Part shown: positions 1-11,500 of the stretch, piece by piece | Layout: the number at the start of each line of letters is the position of its first letter | How positions within the stretch are numbered: position 1 is the stretch's first letter | Assembly: GCF_009914755.1 (NCBI RefSeq) | Contig: NC_060938.1 | Source of the DNA: the human T2T-CHM13v2.0 reference genome, Homo sapiens | Direction: 5' to 3' (one strand) | Length of the DNA: 64,000 nt | Notes under the pieces: generated by a model | The model's database searches: none | The model's input: the letters and a program-made list of their open reading frames with translations, nothing else | What the model was told of the DNA's origin: nothing | Program-made: the position numbers and the translations under genes

Positions 1-578
<578 letters not shown>

Positions 579-629
579 TACTTATCTATTTATTAACTTT
601 GAGTCCAGTTTATGAAACCAGTTAGTTTT

Positions 630-743
630 CGTATTTTTTTAGAGAAGAGGTTTCACCATGTTGCCAAGGCTTGGATCGAGGGATCCACCTTCCCTTGCCT
701 CCCAAAGTGCAGGGATGACAGGCGTGAGCCTACCAAGCCCGGC
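630..743 (-). mobile_element. Degenerate Alu left-arm fragment in rDNA intergenic-spacer-like sequence
   Basis: tttttttagagaagaggtttcaccatgttgccaaggc...cctcccaaagtgcagggatgacaggcgtgagcc; the flank tttattaactttgagtccag-ttatgaaaccagttag matches my recollection of the human rDNA IGS. Confidence 0.8.
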
Positions 744-770
744 TCCTCCCCTTCATCCCCCAGCTTATCC

Positions 771-2780
771 CTCAGGTGCCCGAGGTCGAGCGGTGGTGTG
801 TGGTTCCCACCCTCAGCGCCCCCTCCTCCGGTCACCGCCGCGATGTCCACGAGTGGGTCCTGAGGGAGCTCGTTGGTGTAGGGGTTGAGGCGGTTGAGTG
901 AGACGCGCTCCTCCCACGCGGGGAAGAGTGCTGCCTGATCTGGCGAGCGCAGGGCCCGTGCTCCTCTCTGGCGGGTGCGCGCGGGCCGTGTGAGCTATTG
1001 CGGTGGGCTGGGTCAGATGACGCGTGCGCCGTCCGGCAGCCGAGGGGCTACCGTTCTGCCTCCGACAGGTTGTGTGTGGGTTTACTTGGAGGTGCTTTGC
1101 CTGGGAGAAAGGAGGCTGGTCGACGGGGGGGCCCTTGTGGGATTGCGCACACGTGCAGCGGCCAGGCCCCCTGCCCAGACCGCGAAGGCTCAAGGTTGCC
1201 GCACGCAGATTTTTCCTGGTACCGCAGGCCCCCTCCCTTCCCCAGGCGTCCCTGCGCGCCTCTGCGGGCCCGACGAGGGGCGACTGGCATGTGGGAACTG
1301 TGACTCACCCTCAGTGAGAAAGCCTTCTCTAGCGATCTGAGAGGTGTGCCTTTGGGGTACCGGATCCCCCGGCCTGCCGCCTCTCTCTGCGTTATGGTAG
1401 CGCTGCCGTGGCGACTGGCTTGCAGAGGACCCTCCTCCACTGCCCCCTTGATGGGGTGAGGGGGGGAGAGCAAGGGTTCCGCCAGCCTCCACGGTGGGGA
1501 CCCAGGGAAGCTCGTCGCCTACTGTGTGGCCCGCGCCTCCCCCTTCCGAGTCGGGGGAGGATCCCGCCGGGCCGGGCCGGGCCGGCGTCCTAGCATTTGG
1601 GAGGCTGCGTGAGCGGTGGCTGTGCCTGGCGTTCAGTCCAGCTTGTGACCCATTCCGCTGTGAGCCGGCTCTCTGCCCGCTCCCCTGCAGAGCAGCGACC
1701 GGTGCCGACGACCGCGTTTGCGTGGCACGAGGTTGGGCCACCTGGCCCTGGGAAGCATCCCAAGTGGGGGGCATGTCGGTCTCCTGGAGCTTGACCGGGT
1801 TGGAGGATGGATGAGAAACGAGCAACGTGGCCCTGGCGTTGGGTTTGTGGCTGAGGTCGCCTCGGGGTCCTGATGGCGGGACCCGGGGCTCATGAGGCGG
1901 GTCTTGGTGGGTGCCGAGGGCCATCCGGCATCCTAGGCGGGTCACTGCGGGACCTCCCTCGTGTCTGTGGTGGTGGGATCCCGTGGCCGTGTTTTCCTGG
2001 TGGCCCGGCCATGCCTGAGGTTTCTCCCCGAGCCGCCCCTCTGCGGGCTTCCAGGTGCCCTTGCCCTCATGGTCCCTGTGCCCCCCTCCCCGCCCGCGTA
2101 TCCTCTCTCCCCGAGCAGCTCACCGGCTTAGGCTGTGGTGGCCCCGTCTGGGACCAAACCCGGCTCCGCCTTGTGTGGCGCTGCCGCCGGCCACTGGTTG
2201 GCCCATTGTCCATGTCCCCGGGCGTGCGCCTTCGGGACCAGGTCGGCGGCACCCCGAGTGGGCCTGGTGGGCACCCGGAAGGTTTGGGGTTGGCCAGCAG
2301 TGCGTGCAGGGAAGAGGGTTCAGGGGGCTGGCCTCGACAGTGGCGGTGGTGGGGGAGCCGCAGGCCCGCGGAAGGCCAGTCGGCCGCTCCAGGTGCCGCT
2401 CGGGGCCGCCTTCATGCTCGGAGGCCACTGGCTGTGAGACCCCAGGCACCGCGGTCCGCCTCTCGTTCGCTGCCCAAACGTCGGGGCCGCCCAGCGCCCT
2501 CCGCGCATGAGTGGCCGCTGGTCCCTCACGGCTGCCGCACACGGGTCGGGCGGTTGGCCTCCTCGCACATGGGCACGAAGGGTCGGGAGTGGTGAGCCCG
2601 TCGGGGGGTGTTGTGTCCTGTGGGTGGATGGGATGTCCGGTTCGCCGCCCCACCACCCCCCTCCCACCACCCGGAGCTCCTCCCTCCCTACCCCACGCCC
2701 CATCGCCCGCCCTGCCACGCCCAATCTCGCAACTGGGACGCCGGGCTCATCCTCGCGAGTCCCAGAGGCCGCTTTCTACC
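771..2780 (+). pseudogene. Partial 45S pre-rRNA 5' external transcribed spacer (5' portion and promoter missing, internal deletion near 2410-2440)
   Basis: GC-rich tract with recognisable human 5'ETS motifs (ctcaggtgcccgagg; gagaaagccttctctagcgatctgagagg at ~1316; gtgttttcctggtggcccggcc) running directly into ctacctacctggttg at the 18S start. Confidence 0.9.
1921..2020 (+). ncRNA. MIR663-family-like hairpin segment within the 5'ETS copy (diverged; expression unknown)
   Basis: 1935-1956 aggcgggtcactgcgggacctc resembles miR-663a (aggcggggcgccgcgggaccgc); 1999-2020 ggtggcccggccatgcctgagg differs by one base from miR-663b as I recall it. Confidence 0.55.
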
Positions 2781-4564
2781 TACCTGGTTGATTCTATCAG
2801 AACCATATGCTTGTCTCAAAGATTAAGCCATACATGTCTAAGTATGCAGGGCCGGTACAGTAAAACTGTGAATGGCTCATTAAATCAGTTATGGTTCTTT
2901 TGGTCGCTGGCTCCTCTTCTACTTGGAAAACTGTGGTAATTCTAGAGCTATTACATGCCGAAGGGCACTGACCCCCTTCACGGGGAAGATGCATGCATTT
3001 ATCAGATCAAAACCAACCCAGTCAGCCCCTCTCCGGCCCCGGCCGGGGGGTCGGGTGCCGCCAGCTTTGGTGCCTCTGGATAACCTCAGGCCAATCGCAT
3101 GCCCCCCGTGGCAGCGATGACCCATTCGAACGTCTGCCCTATCAACTTTCTATGGTAGTCGCTGTGCCTACCATGGTGACCACGGGTGACAGGGAATTAG
3201 GGTTCAATTCTGGAGAAGGAGACTTAGAAACGGCTACCACATTCAAGGAAGGCAGCAGACACTCAAATTACCCACTCCTGACACGGGAGGTAGTGACAAA
3301 AAATAACAATACAGGACTCTTTCAAGGCCCTGTAATTGGAATGAGTCCACTTTAAATCTTTTAATGAGGATCCATTGGAGGGAAAGTCTGGTGCCAGCAG
3401 CCATGGTAATTCCAGCTCCAATAGCGTATATTAAAGTTGTTGCAGTTAAAAAGCTCGTAGTTGAATCTTGGGAACGGGTGGGCTAGCGAGCCACAGCCTG
3501 TCCCTGCTTCTTGCCTCTCGGTGCCCCCTGGATGCTCTTAGCTGAGTGTCCTGCGGCCCGAAGCGTTTACTTTGAAAAAATTAGAGTGTTCAAAGCAGGC
3601 CCAAGCCGCCTGGATACTGCAGCTTGGAATAATGGAATAGGACCACGGTTCTATTTTGTTGGTTTTCGGAACTGAGGCCATTATTAAGAGGGACGGCCGG
3701 GGGCATTCATATTGCACTGCTAGAGGTGAAATTCTTGGACTGGCACAGTTTGGACCAGAGCGAAAGCATTTGCCAAGAATGTTTTCATTAATCAAGAACG
3801 AAAGTCAGAGGTTCGAAGACGATCAGATACCGTTGTAGTTCCGACCATAAACGATGCCGACTGGCGATGTGGCAGCGTTATTCCCATGACCCGCTGGGCA
3901 GCTTCCAAGAAACCAAAGTCTTTGGGTTTTTGGGTTCCGAGGGGAGTATGGTTGCAAAGCTGAAACTTAAAGGAATTGACAGAAGGGCACCACCAGGAGT
4001 GGAGCCTGCATCTTAATTTGACTCAACATGGGAAAACTCACCTGGCCTGGACACGGACAGGATTGACAGATTGATAGCTCTTTCTCAATTCCACAGGTGG
4101 TGGTGCATGGCCTTAGTTGCTGGAGTGATTTGTCTGGTTAATTCCAATAATGAACGAGACTCTGGCATGCCAACTAGTTATGCGACCCCCGAGTGGTTGG
4201 CATCCCCCAACTTCTTAGAGGGACAAGTGGCGTTTAGCCACCTGAGATTGAGCAATAACAGGTCTGTGATGCCCTTAAATGTCCAGGGCTGCACGCGCGC
4301 TGCACTGACTGGCTCAGCGTGTGCCTACCCTATGTGGCAGATGTGGGTAACCTGTTGAACCTCATTGGCAATGGTGATCATTGATTGCAATTTTTCCCCA
4401 TGAATGAGGAATTCCCAGTAAGTGCTGGTCATAAGCTTGCATGAAGTCCCTGTCCTTTGTACACACTGCAGGTTGCTACTCCTGATTGGATGGTTTAGTG
4501 AGGCCCTCGGATCAGCCCCTCCGGGTCAGCCCACTGCCCTGTCGGAACGCTGAGAAGACAGTCG

Positions 4565-4600
<36 letters not shown>

Positions 4601-4634
4601 AGTTTCGGTAGGTGAACCTGCGGAGGGATCATTA
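2781..4634 (+). pseudogene. 18S rRNA pseudogene, near full length (~1854 bp)
   Basis: Starts tacctggttgat, ends ggtgaacctgcggagggatcatta. Conserved blocks are present but carry many CpG->TpG/CpA changes, indels and lesions in universal motifs (gtgccagcagccATggtaa; gtacacacTgcAGgtT). Confidence 0.97.
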
Positions 4635-5673
4635 ACAGAGAAGAGCAAAGCCACGGAGATGCCGCCATGTCCTTCCTCCTTGGCTGACTGTGTTCCCCTG
4701 TGGCGCATGCATGGGTGGGGTCGTGCCCTTTGTTCGTTGCATGGCCCCATCTGCCCCGAGAGCCAGAGAACTCAGAAGGGAGAGAGGGGGTAGAGAGAGA
4801 CATGCGTGTGGGGATGAAACTGTGTGCTTGTCGTGGGGTGGGCTGGATGGCTCGCCGGCCTGGTGAGCAGTGGGGAGCGGTCCCCTGCTGTGGCCCCCAT
4901 GTGTGCGTCGGTGGGCGCGGGGGTGGTTCTCGGCGTCATGGTGGGGTGGGGGTCTCGGTGCCCTCCCCACTGGGGCCGTCATCATGCCCTGTCGCACTGT
5001 CTTGGCCCCATCCCGCCCGCTCCCGTTGGGGCTGGCCAGGTTCCCATCGCTGCCGCTGCCACCATCGTCGCCTCTGTCAAACCATGCCACTGGCCCGGCC
5101 CAGCCTGCTTGCTCTCCCCAGCCTTCCCACTAGGGGGTCTCGAGGGTAGGGGGCTGGACGCCGGTCCCACCCCCCTCATCCGCCCCCACCATCCAGGTAC
5201 CTAGCGCATTCTGGTGCGGAGGTTTAAGGACCCCTTGGGGGGTCGCCAGTCTGCCTGTGGGTCAGGTGCAGTGGGCCCTCAGTGGAGTCCGTTCAGGAGG
5301 GGCCCGCCCCTCCCTCGCCTCCCCTGCTGACTCCATCCCCCCGGCCAGCCGGGGGCCACGCCACACTTGCGTGTCGCCGCTGATGCCGGTGGGGGCTTTA
5401 CCCAGCGGCCATCGTGCTGTCACACATGCCTTGCATGTGGCCTGTACCCCGCACTGTGGGGGCGGGAACCCCTGGGCTCCCATGGGGTGGTGTCAGCCTT
5501 TGTCCCCCCCGTGGTTGGCACCACCTCCCTGTGTTGTGAAACCTTCCAACCCCTCTCTGGAGTCTGGTCCCGTTGCTGTCTGACTGGCCGGCCTGAGGTA
5601 ACCCCTCTGGGGGACGTGCTGTGCCAGGAGGGCCTCCCGTTGTTGGGAGTGCCCTCGCCAAATCAACCTTGTA
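4635..5673 (+). other. rDNA ITS1, decayed
   Basis: GC-rich spacer between the 18S end and the 5.8S start, with ITS1 motifs ccaggtacctagcgc, ggaggtttaa-gaccccttgggggg and tgtgaaaccttcc. Confidence 0.9.
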
Positions 5674-5828
5674 TGACTTTTAGTGGTGGATCACTCAGCT
5701 CCTGCATCAATGAAGAATGCAGCTAGCTGGGAGAATTAATGTGAACTGCAGGACACATTGATCATCGACACTTGAATGCACTTGCGGCCTGGGTTCCTCC
5801 CAGGGCTATGCCTGTCTGAGCGTCGCTT
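5674..5828 (+). pseudogene. 5.8S rRNA pseudogene
   Basis: tgacttttagtggtggatcactcagctc...gatcatcgacactt...gcctgtctgagcgtcgctt; 155 bp with multiple CpG transitions relative to 5.8S. Confidence 0.97.
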
Positions 5829-6689
5829 GCCGATCAAAATTCCCCAGGGTTGCCTCTGGGCTCCTTGGGGTGCCCAGCTGTTCTGTGGCAGGGCCCACAG
5901 GGCCCTCTGTCCCCCCAAGTGCAGACCGGTGACATCCGCCCTCCTCTCCCACTGTGCCCGTCCCTTCCCCCTCCCCCCGCAGGCCCTGTGTGGTCACGCG
6001 TTGGGTGGCGTGGGGAAGGGGGGCTCCCGGCTGTGAGGAAGAGAGAGAGGGCAGCACCGCCACTTGTGAAAACAGAAAGGGAAGATAGCCGGCTGTGGCT
6101 GAGTTCCTGTGGCCACCTTCATGGTCTGGGATCCTCCCTTGGGGGCTCCCTCATGCCTCATGCAGCTCATGGTGCAGGGTTCATTGGCCCTGGCGGGGTG
6201 GAAGGTCCCATGCCGTCGTTGTCTCATGTCGTCGGTGGTGGAGGCTTGCTGGGGGTTGGGAGGAAGGCAAATAGGAAGGGTCCACCGGGGAGAGGGTGGG
6301 GGAGCACGTCCCAGTCGCTGCGGTTCACCGTCCACCCCTGGAGGCGGCCCAGTGACTGGCTGACCGCAGCTCCAGTGCCCCTCGTCCCCAACACTCCTCT
6401 GAGGCACCATCCTCCTCGCCCGCCCACCCCCTGCCCACCCCCCGCCCGCCCGGCACGTCATGGTGTGTCCGGGGCCGGAAGCCTGCCACACGGCCCGTCT
6501 GGCAGTGCTCGTGGCCATGGTCCCATGGTTCGCTTGCCCCTGCTGGAGATCCGCTGGACGCTGTGGTGTCGTCCACTATCGCGTGCCCACCTCCGGCTCT
6601 GGGCCACGCGGTGCCTGGGGCCCCATCCGGAGCTTCCATGTTGGGGCAGGGCAGCACCGCCGCATCCTCGGACCCATGCCCCACCTCCA
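5829..6689 (+). other. rDNA ITS2, decayed and 3'-truncated; 28S absent
   Basis: Begins gccgatcaa after 5.8S; ITS2 motifs continue to cctcggacccatgccccacctcc, then sequence turns abruptly AT-rich. The 28S 5' end (cgcgacctcagatcagacg) is not seen. Confidence 0.9.
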
Positions 6690-7419
6690 TTTAGTACGTA
6701 GGCAATCTCATGTAACTTAACAAAGCTAGCATGTCCCTAGACTTGGTGCAGCCACTGTAGGGGTGGCCTCCCAGTAGCATCATTAACATCAATTGTAATT
6801 GGTAGGCAATCACTTAGTTTCACATTTCATTACCCGAGTTACACAAAAGTGTAAAAAAATACAGTTTTAATAAAAGGGAGTAAAAGATAATATGAGTAAT
6901 ATTCACAATATCTAGTTGGAAGAGGTAGTGTTTTCTCAGAAATGATGCATTCCTGGAACAAGGTCATTTTGTGTTTGGTTTGTTAAATATCTATTTCCAT
7001 TTTGACAAACCACTGGAAAAGCCCAGCTTCACAAGGATTCTCCATGAGAACGATCACACAAAAGAACATCCATAACATAAAATCAAAACAAGGGTGGTCC
7101 AGTCGTCACATTAAAGGCTCATTACCAAGTTTTCTTAGAAGAGATAAAGAACACAAAGTTACTTTTATGTGATGGAAAACAGAGAGAAAGAGTAAATGCA
7201 ACAATAAATGTTAGGCAACAACAGTGAAAACAAAGCTGTGGAAAAAAATGAATGGAATTGTTTTGTTTGGTATTGATTTCCTATCCTGATATCAGAAAGT
7301 ATGGGAAAGAACAAAGCACATTTTCTGAGACAAATAGAACATAAAACAGATGAATGTTAAAGACTATTTTACAGTGCTAACAAAACTATCTGTGGCTTGT
7401 TTTTTCCCTTTAAAGATAC

Positions 7420-7845
7420 GATTTTGTACAATTACATTTATATAAATTATTGAAATAAAATTGTAAAGATGGAGAACAGACTATGGGGTTGCCAAGGGGA
7501 AGGGGTGGAGGAAAATGTGTTAGAGTGTCAGCAAAGATCCCAAGATGGAGCCTGATGGTGAGACTACAGTTCTGCATCTTGACTGTCGAAGTGGTAGTTA
7601 CAGAGATCTACACCACATAAAAATGAACAGAACACCCGCACACGCATACACACGTACAAAAATGAATGCATGCAAAACAGTTGCGATCTGAGTAAGCTTT
7701 CTGAATTGTACCTATGTCAGTTTCCAGGTTTTGATAATGCTCTATGGCTATGCGAGATGTCACCACTGGAATTAGTGAAGAGTACCTAAGACATCCCTGT
7801 ACCTTTTGCAACTTCCTGTGAATCTATAATTATTTCAAAAGAAAC
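7420..7845 (+). mobile_element. Ancient L1M (L1MD-like) 3' UTR end
   Basis: gatggagaacaga...ggttgccaagggg, gttctgcatcttgactgt...gtggtagttaca, a (CA)-rich stretch, and the terminal ttttgcaacttcctgtgaatctataattatttcaaaa typical of L1MC/MD 3' ends. Confidence 0.8.
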
Positions 7846-8239
7846 TTGAAAGTCATAGCAGACTTTCACTTCAAAGAGGAAAAAAACTGAAGATTAATGA
7901 AATTGTTGAAGAACATCAAATATTCAATAGTCTGTATGAGAGCTGTATCCTGTCCACTCGCAGCACAGCTGTCATTTAGCCTTTTTCTGACGTGCCCTGG
8001 AGGACTTGAGCTCCTCTTGGATTGCCAAGGCCAATAGTGTTTCTTTGTTACTAACTTTGTACTGGACCCCCAAAAATGAAAAGTGATTGAATAATCATTT
8101 ATAATAACTACTAGTAATTTTACTTATAAAGAGACAATAGTGGTAACCAATTTAAATATTTAGGGTAAAGAATAGGATCTTTGTAAGACAATACTGGCAA
8201 AATTTTAAAAGAAAAAATAAGGAATCAGAAACGTAAGTA

Positions 8240-8470
8240 GTTCAGTATTGTGAAAAAATTCTGGATCTGAGAAGCAAAAGAACAGAGATTGTATTGCGTT
8301 TCTGCTCCAAACCTGATGAATCACCTTAGCTGTGTTTTGTTTCTGCACCAAAGCTGCAGAATCACCTTAGGCAATGCATGCCATTTCCCTGAATCTGTTT
8401 TCTTTTCTACAAAATAAAGTGAACTAGATCATCTCCAAGGTCCCCCAAATATTCACATTTTGGGCTCTAC
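8240..8470 (+). mobile_element. MIR SINE, highly diverged, with an internal ~41 bp duplication
   Basis: cagtattgtgaaaaaattctggatctgaga... caccttaggcaa...catttccctgaatctgttttcttttctacaaaat...gaactagatcatctccaaggtccc follows the MIR core and MIR3/MIRc-like tail. Confidence 0.65.
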
Positions 8471-8571
8471 ATGAACTTCTGTTGAATTCCTCATTTCAGT
8501 GTGGATAACACATGTGTGCTGCACCACAAGCAGTGTTTCTAAATGCTCATGTTGGTCCTAAAAACTAATTA

Positions 8572-11500
8572 TGAGCAGTTTGGAAATTTTGTTGTTGTAG
8601 AATCTGCAAAGGGATATCTGTGAGCACTTTGAGGCCATGGTGAAAAAGGAAATACCTTCACATAAAAACTATAAAGAATGTTTCTGAGAAACTGCTTTGT
8701 GATGTCTGCATTCATCTCACAGAGTTAAACGTTTCATTCCCTTGATCAGTCTGGAAACTCTGTTCTTGTACAATCTGCAAAGTGATATTTGTGAGTGCTT
8801 TGAGGTCTATGGTGAAAAAGGAAATATCTTCACATAAAAACTAGACAGACGCTTTCTGAGAAACTACTTTGTGACGTGTGGATTCATCTCACAGAGTTAA
8901 ACCATTCTTTTGATTGAAAAGCTTGGAAATGGTGTTTTTGTAGAATCTGCAGAGGGATATTTGTGAGCACTTTGAGGCCTATGGTGAAAAAGGAAATATC
9001 TTCACATAAAAACTAGAAAGAAGATTTATGAGAAACTGCTTTGTGATGTGGGTGTTCATGTCACAGAGGTAAATGTTTCTTTTCATTGAGCAGATTGGAA
9101 ACTCTGTTCTTGTAGGATCTGCAAAGGGATATTTGTGAGCAGTTTGAGGCCTGTGGTGAAAAAGGAAATATCATCGCATAAAAACTTGACAGAAGTTTCT
9201 GAGAAAATTCCTGGTTGTGTGTGCATTCATCTCACAGAGTTGAACCATTCTTTTGATTGAGCAGTTTGGAAACAGTATTTTTGTAAAATTGGCAAAGGGA
9301 TATTTGTGAGCACTTTGAGGCCAATGATGAAAAAGGAAATATCTTCACATAAAAACTAGACAGACGATTTCTGAGAAACTTTTTTTTTTGATGTGTAGTT
9401 CATCTCACAGAGTAGAACCATTCTTCTGATTGAGCAGTTTGGTAACAGTCTTCTTGTAGAATCTGCAAAGGGATATTTGTGAGCGCTTTGAAGCCTATGT
9501 TGAAAAAGGAAATGTCTTCACATAAAAACTAGAAAGAAGGTTTCTGAGAAACTGATTTGTGATGTGTGACTTCATCTCACAGAGTTGAACCTTTCTATTG
9601 ATTGAGCATTTTGGAAACAGTATTTTGTAGAATCTGCAAATGGATATTTGTGAACACTTTCAGGCTTATGGTGAAAAAGGAAATATCTTCACATGAAAAC
9701 TAGACAGAAGCTTTTGAGAGACATCTGTGTGATGTGTGCACTCATCTCACAGAGTTGAACCATTCCTTTGATTGAGCAATTTGGAAACAGTCTTTTTGTA
9801 GAATATGCAAAGGGATATTTGTGAACACTTTGAGACCTATGGTGAAAAAGGAAATATCTTCACATAAAAACTAGACAGAAGGTTTCTGAGAAACTGCTTT
9901 GTAATGTGTGCATTCATCTCACAGAGGTAAACGTTTCTTTTCATTGAGCAGATGGGAAACTCTTTTCTTGTGCAATCTGCAAAGGGATATTTGTGAGGAG
10001 TTTGAGGCCTATGGTGAAAAAGGAAGTATCATGGCATAAAAACTTGACAGAAGTTTCTGAGAAAGTTCATAGCTATGTGTGCATTCATCTCACAGAGTTG
10101 AACCATTCTTTTGATTGAGCAGTTTGGAAACAGTATTTTTGTAGAATTGGCAAAGGTATATTTGTCCTCTCTCTGAGGCCTATGGTGAAAAAGGAAATAT
10201 CTTCAATAAAAAGTATAAAGAATGTTTCTGAGAAGCTGTTTTGCAAGGTGTGCATTTATCTCACAGAGATAAAAGTTTCTATTTTTTGACGAGTCTGGAA
10301 ACTCTGTTCTTGTAAAATCTGCAAAGGGATATTTGTGAGTGGCTTGAGGCCTATGGTGAAAAAGGAAATATCTTCACATAAAAACTAGACAGAAGATTTC
10401 AGAGAAACTTCTTTGTGATATGCGCATTCATCTCACAGAGTTGAACCATTCTTTTGATTGAGAAGTTTGGAAAGAGTCTTTTTAGAGAATCTGCAAAGGG
10501 ATATTTTGAGCGCTTTGATAGGTATGGTGAAAAGGGAAATATTTTCATATAAAAAACTGGACAGAAGCTTTCTGAGAAACTTCTTTGTGATGTGCGCATT
10601 CATCTCACAGAGTTGAACCTTTCTTTTGATTGAGCACTTTGGAAAGAGTCCTTTTCTAGAATCTGCAGAGGGATATTTATGAGTCCTTTATGGCCTAAGG
10701 TGAAATAGGAAATATCTTCACATAAAAACTAGACAGAAGCATTCTGAGAAACTTTTTTGTGAAGTGTGCTTTCATCTCACAGAGTTGAAGCTCTCTTTTC
10801 ATTGAGGAGTTTGGAAACAGTCTTTTTTGTAGAATATGCAAATAGATATTTGGAGCGCTTTGAGGCCTATGGTGAAAAAGGAAATATCTTCACATAAAAA
10901 CTAGCCAGAAGCATTCTTAGAAACTTCTTTGTGATGTATACATTCATCTCACAGAGTTGAATCTTTCTTCTGATTGAGCAGTTTCAAAACAGTCCTTTTG
11001 TAGAATCTGCAAAGGGATGTTTGTGAGCCCTTTGAGGCCTATGGTGAAATAGGAAATATCTTCACATAAAAACTAGTCAGAGGATTTCTGAGAAACTTCT
11101 TTTTGATGTGTGCTTTCATCTCACAGAGTTGAACCTTTCTTTTTATTGAGCAGTTTTGAAACACATTTTTTGTAGAATCTGCAAATGGATATTTGGAGCA
11201 CTTTGAGGACTATGGTGAAAAAGGAAATATTTTCACAGAAACCTAGAAAGCAACATTCTATGAAACTTCTTTGTGATATGTGCTTTCGTTTCACAGAGTT
11301 GAACCTTTCTATTCATTGAGCAGTTTGGAAAACATCTTTTTGTAGAATCTGCAAATGGACATTTGGAGAGGTTTGAGACCTTGTTGAGAAAGGAAATATC
11401 CTCACATAAAAACTAGACAGAAGCATTCTGAGAAACTTCTTGGTGACATGTGCATTTATCATACAGAGTTGAACCTTTCTTTTGATTGAACAGTTTGGAA

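Noticed and set aside
2781-5828. Functional rRNA operon
   Set aside because: No promoter, no 28S, heavy CpG decay and lesions in universal motifs.
7608-7811. 67-aa minus-strand ORF in the non-satellite island
   Set aside because: Lies wholly within the antisense of the L1M 3' UTR, including its (TG)n tract.
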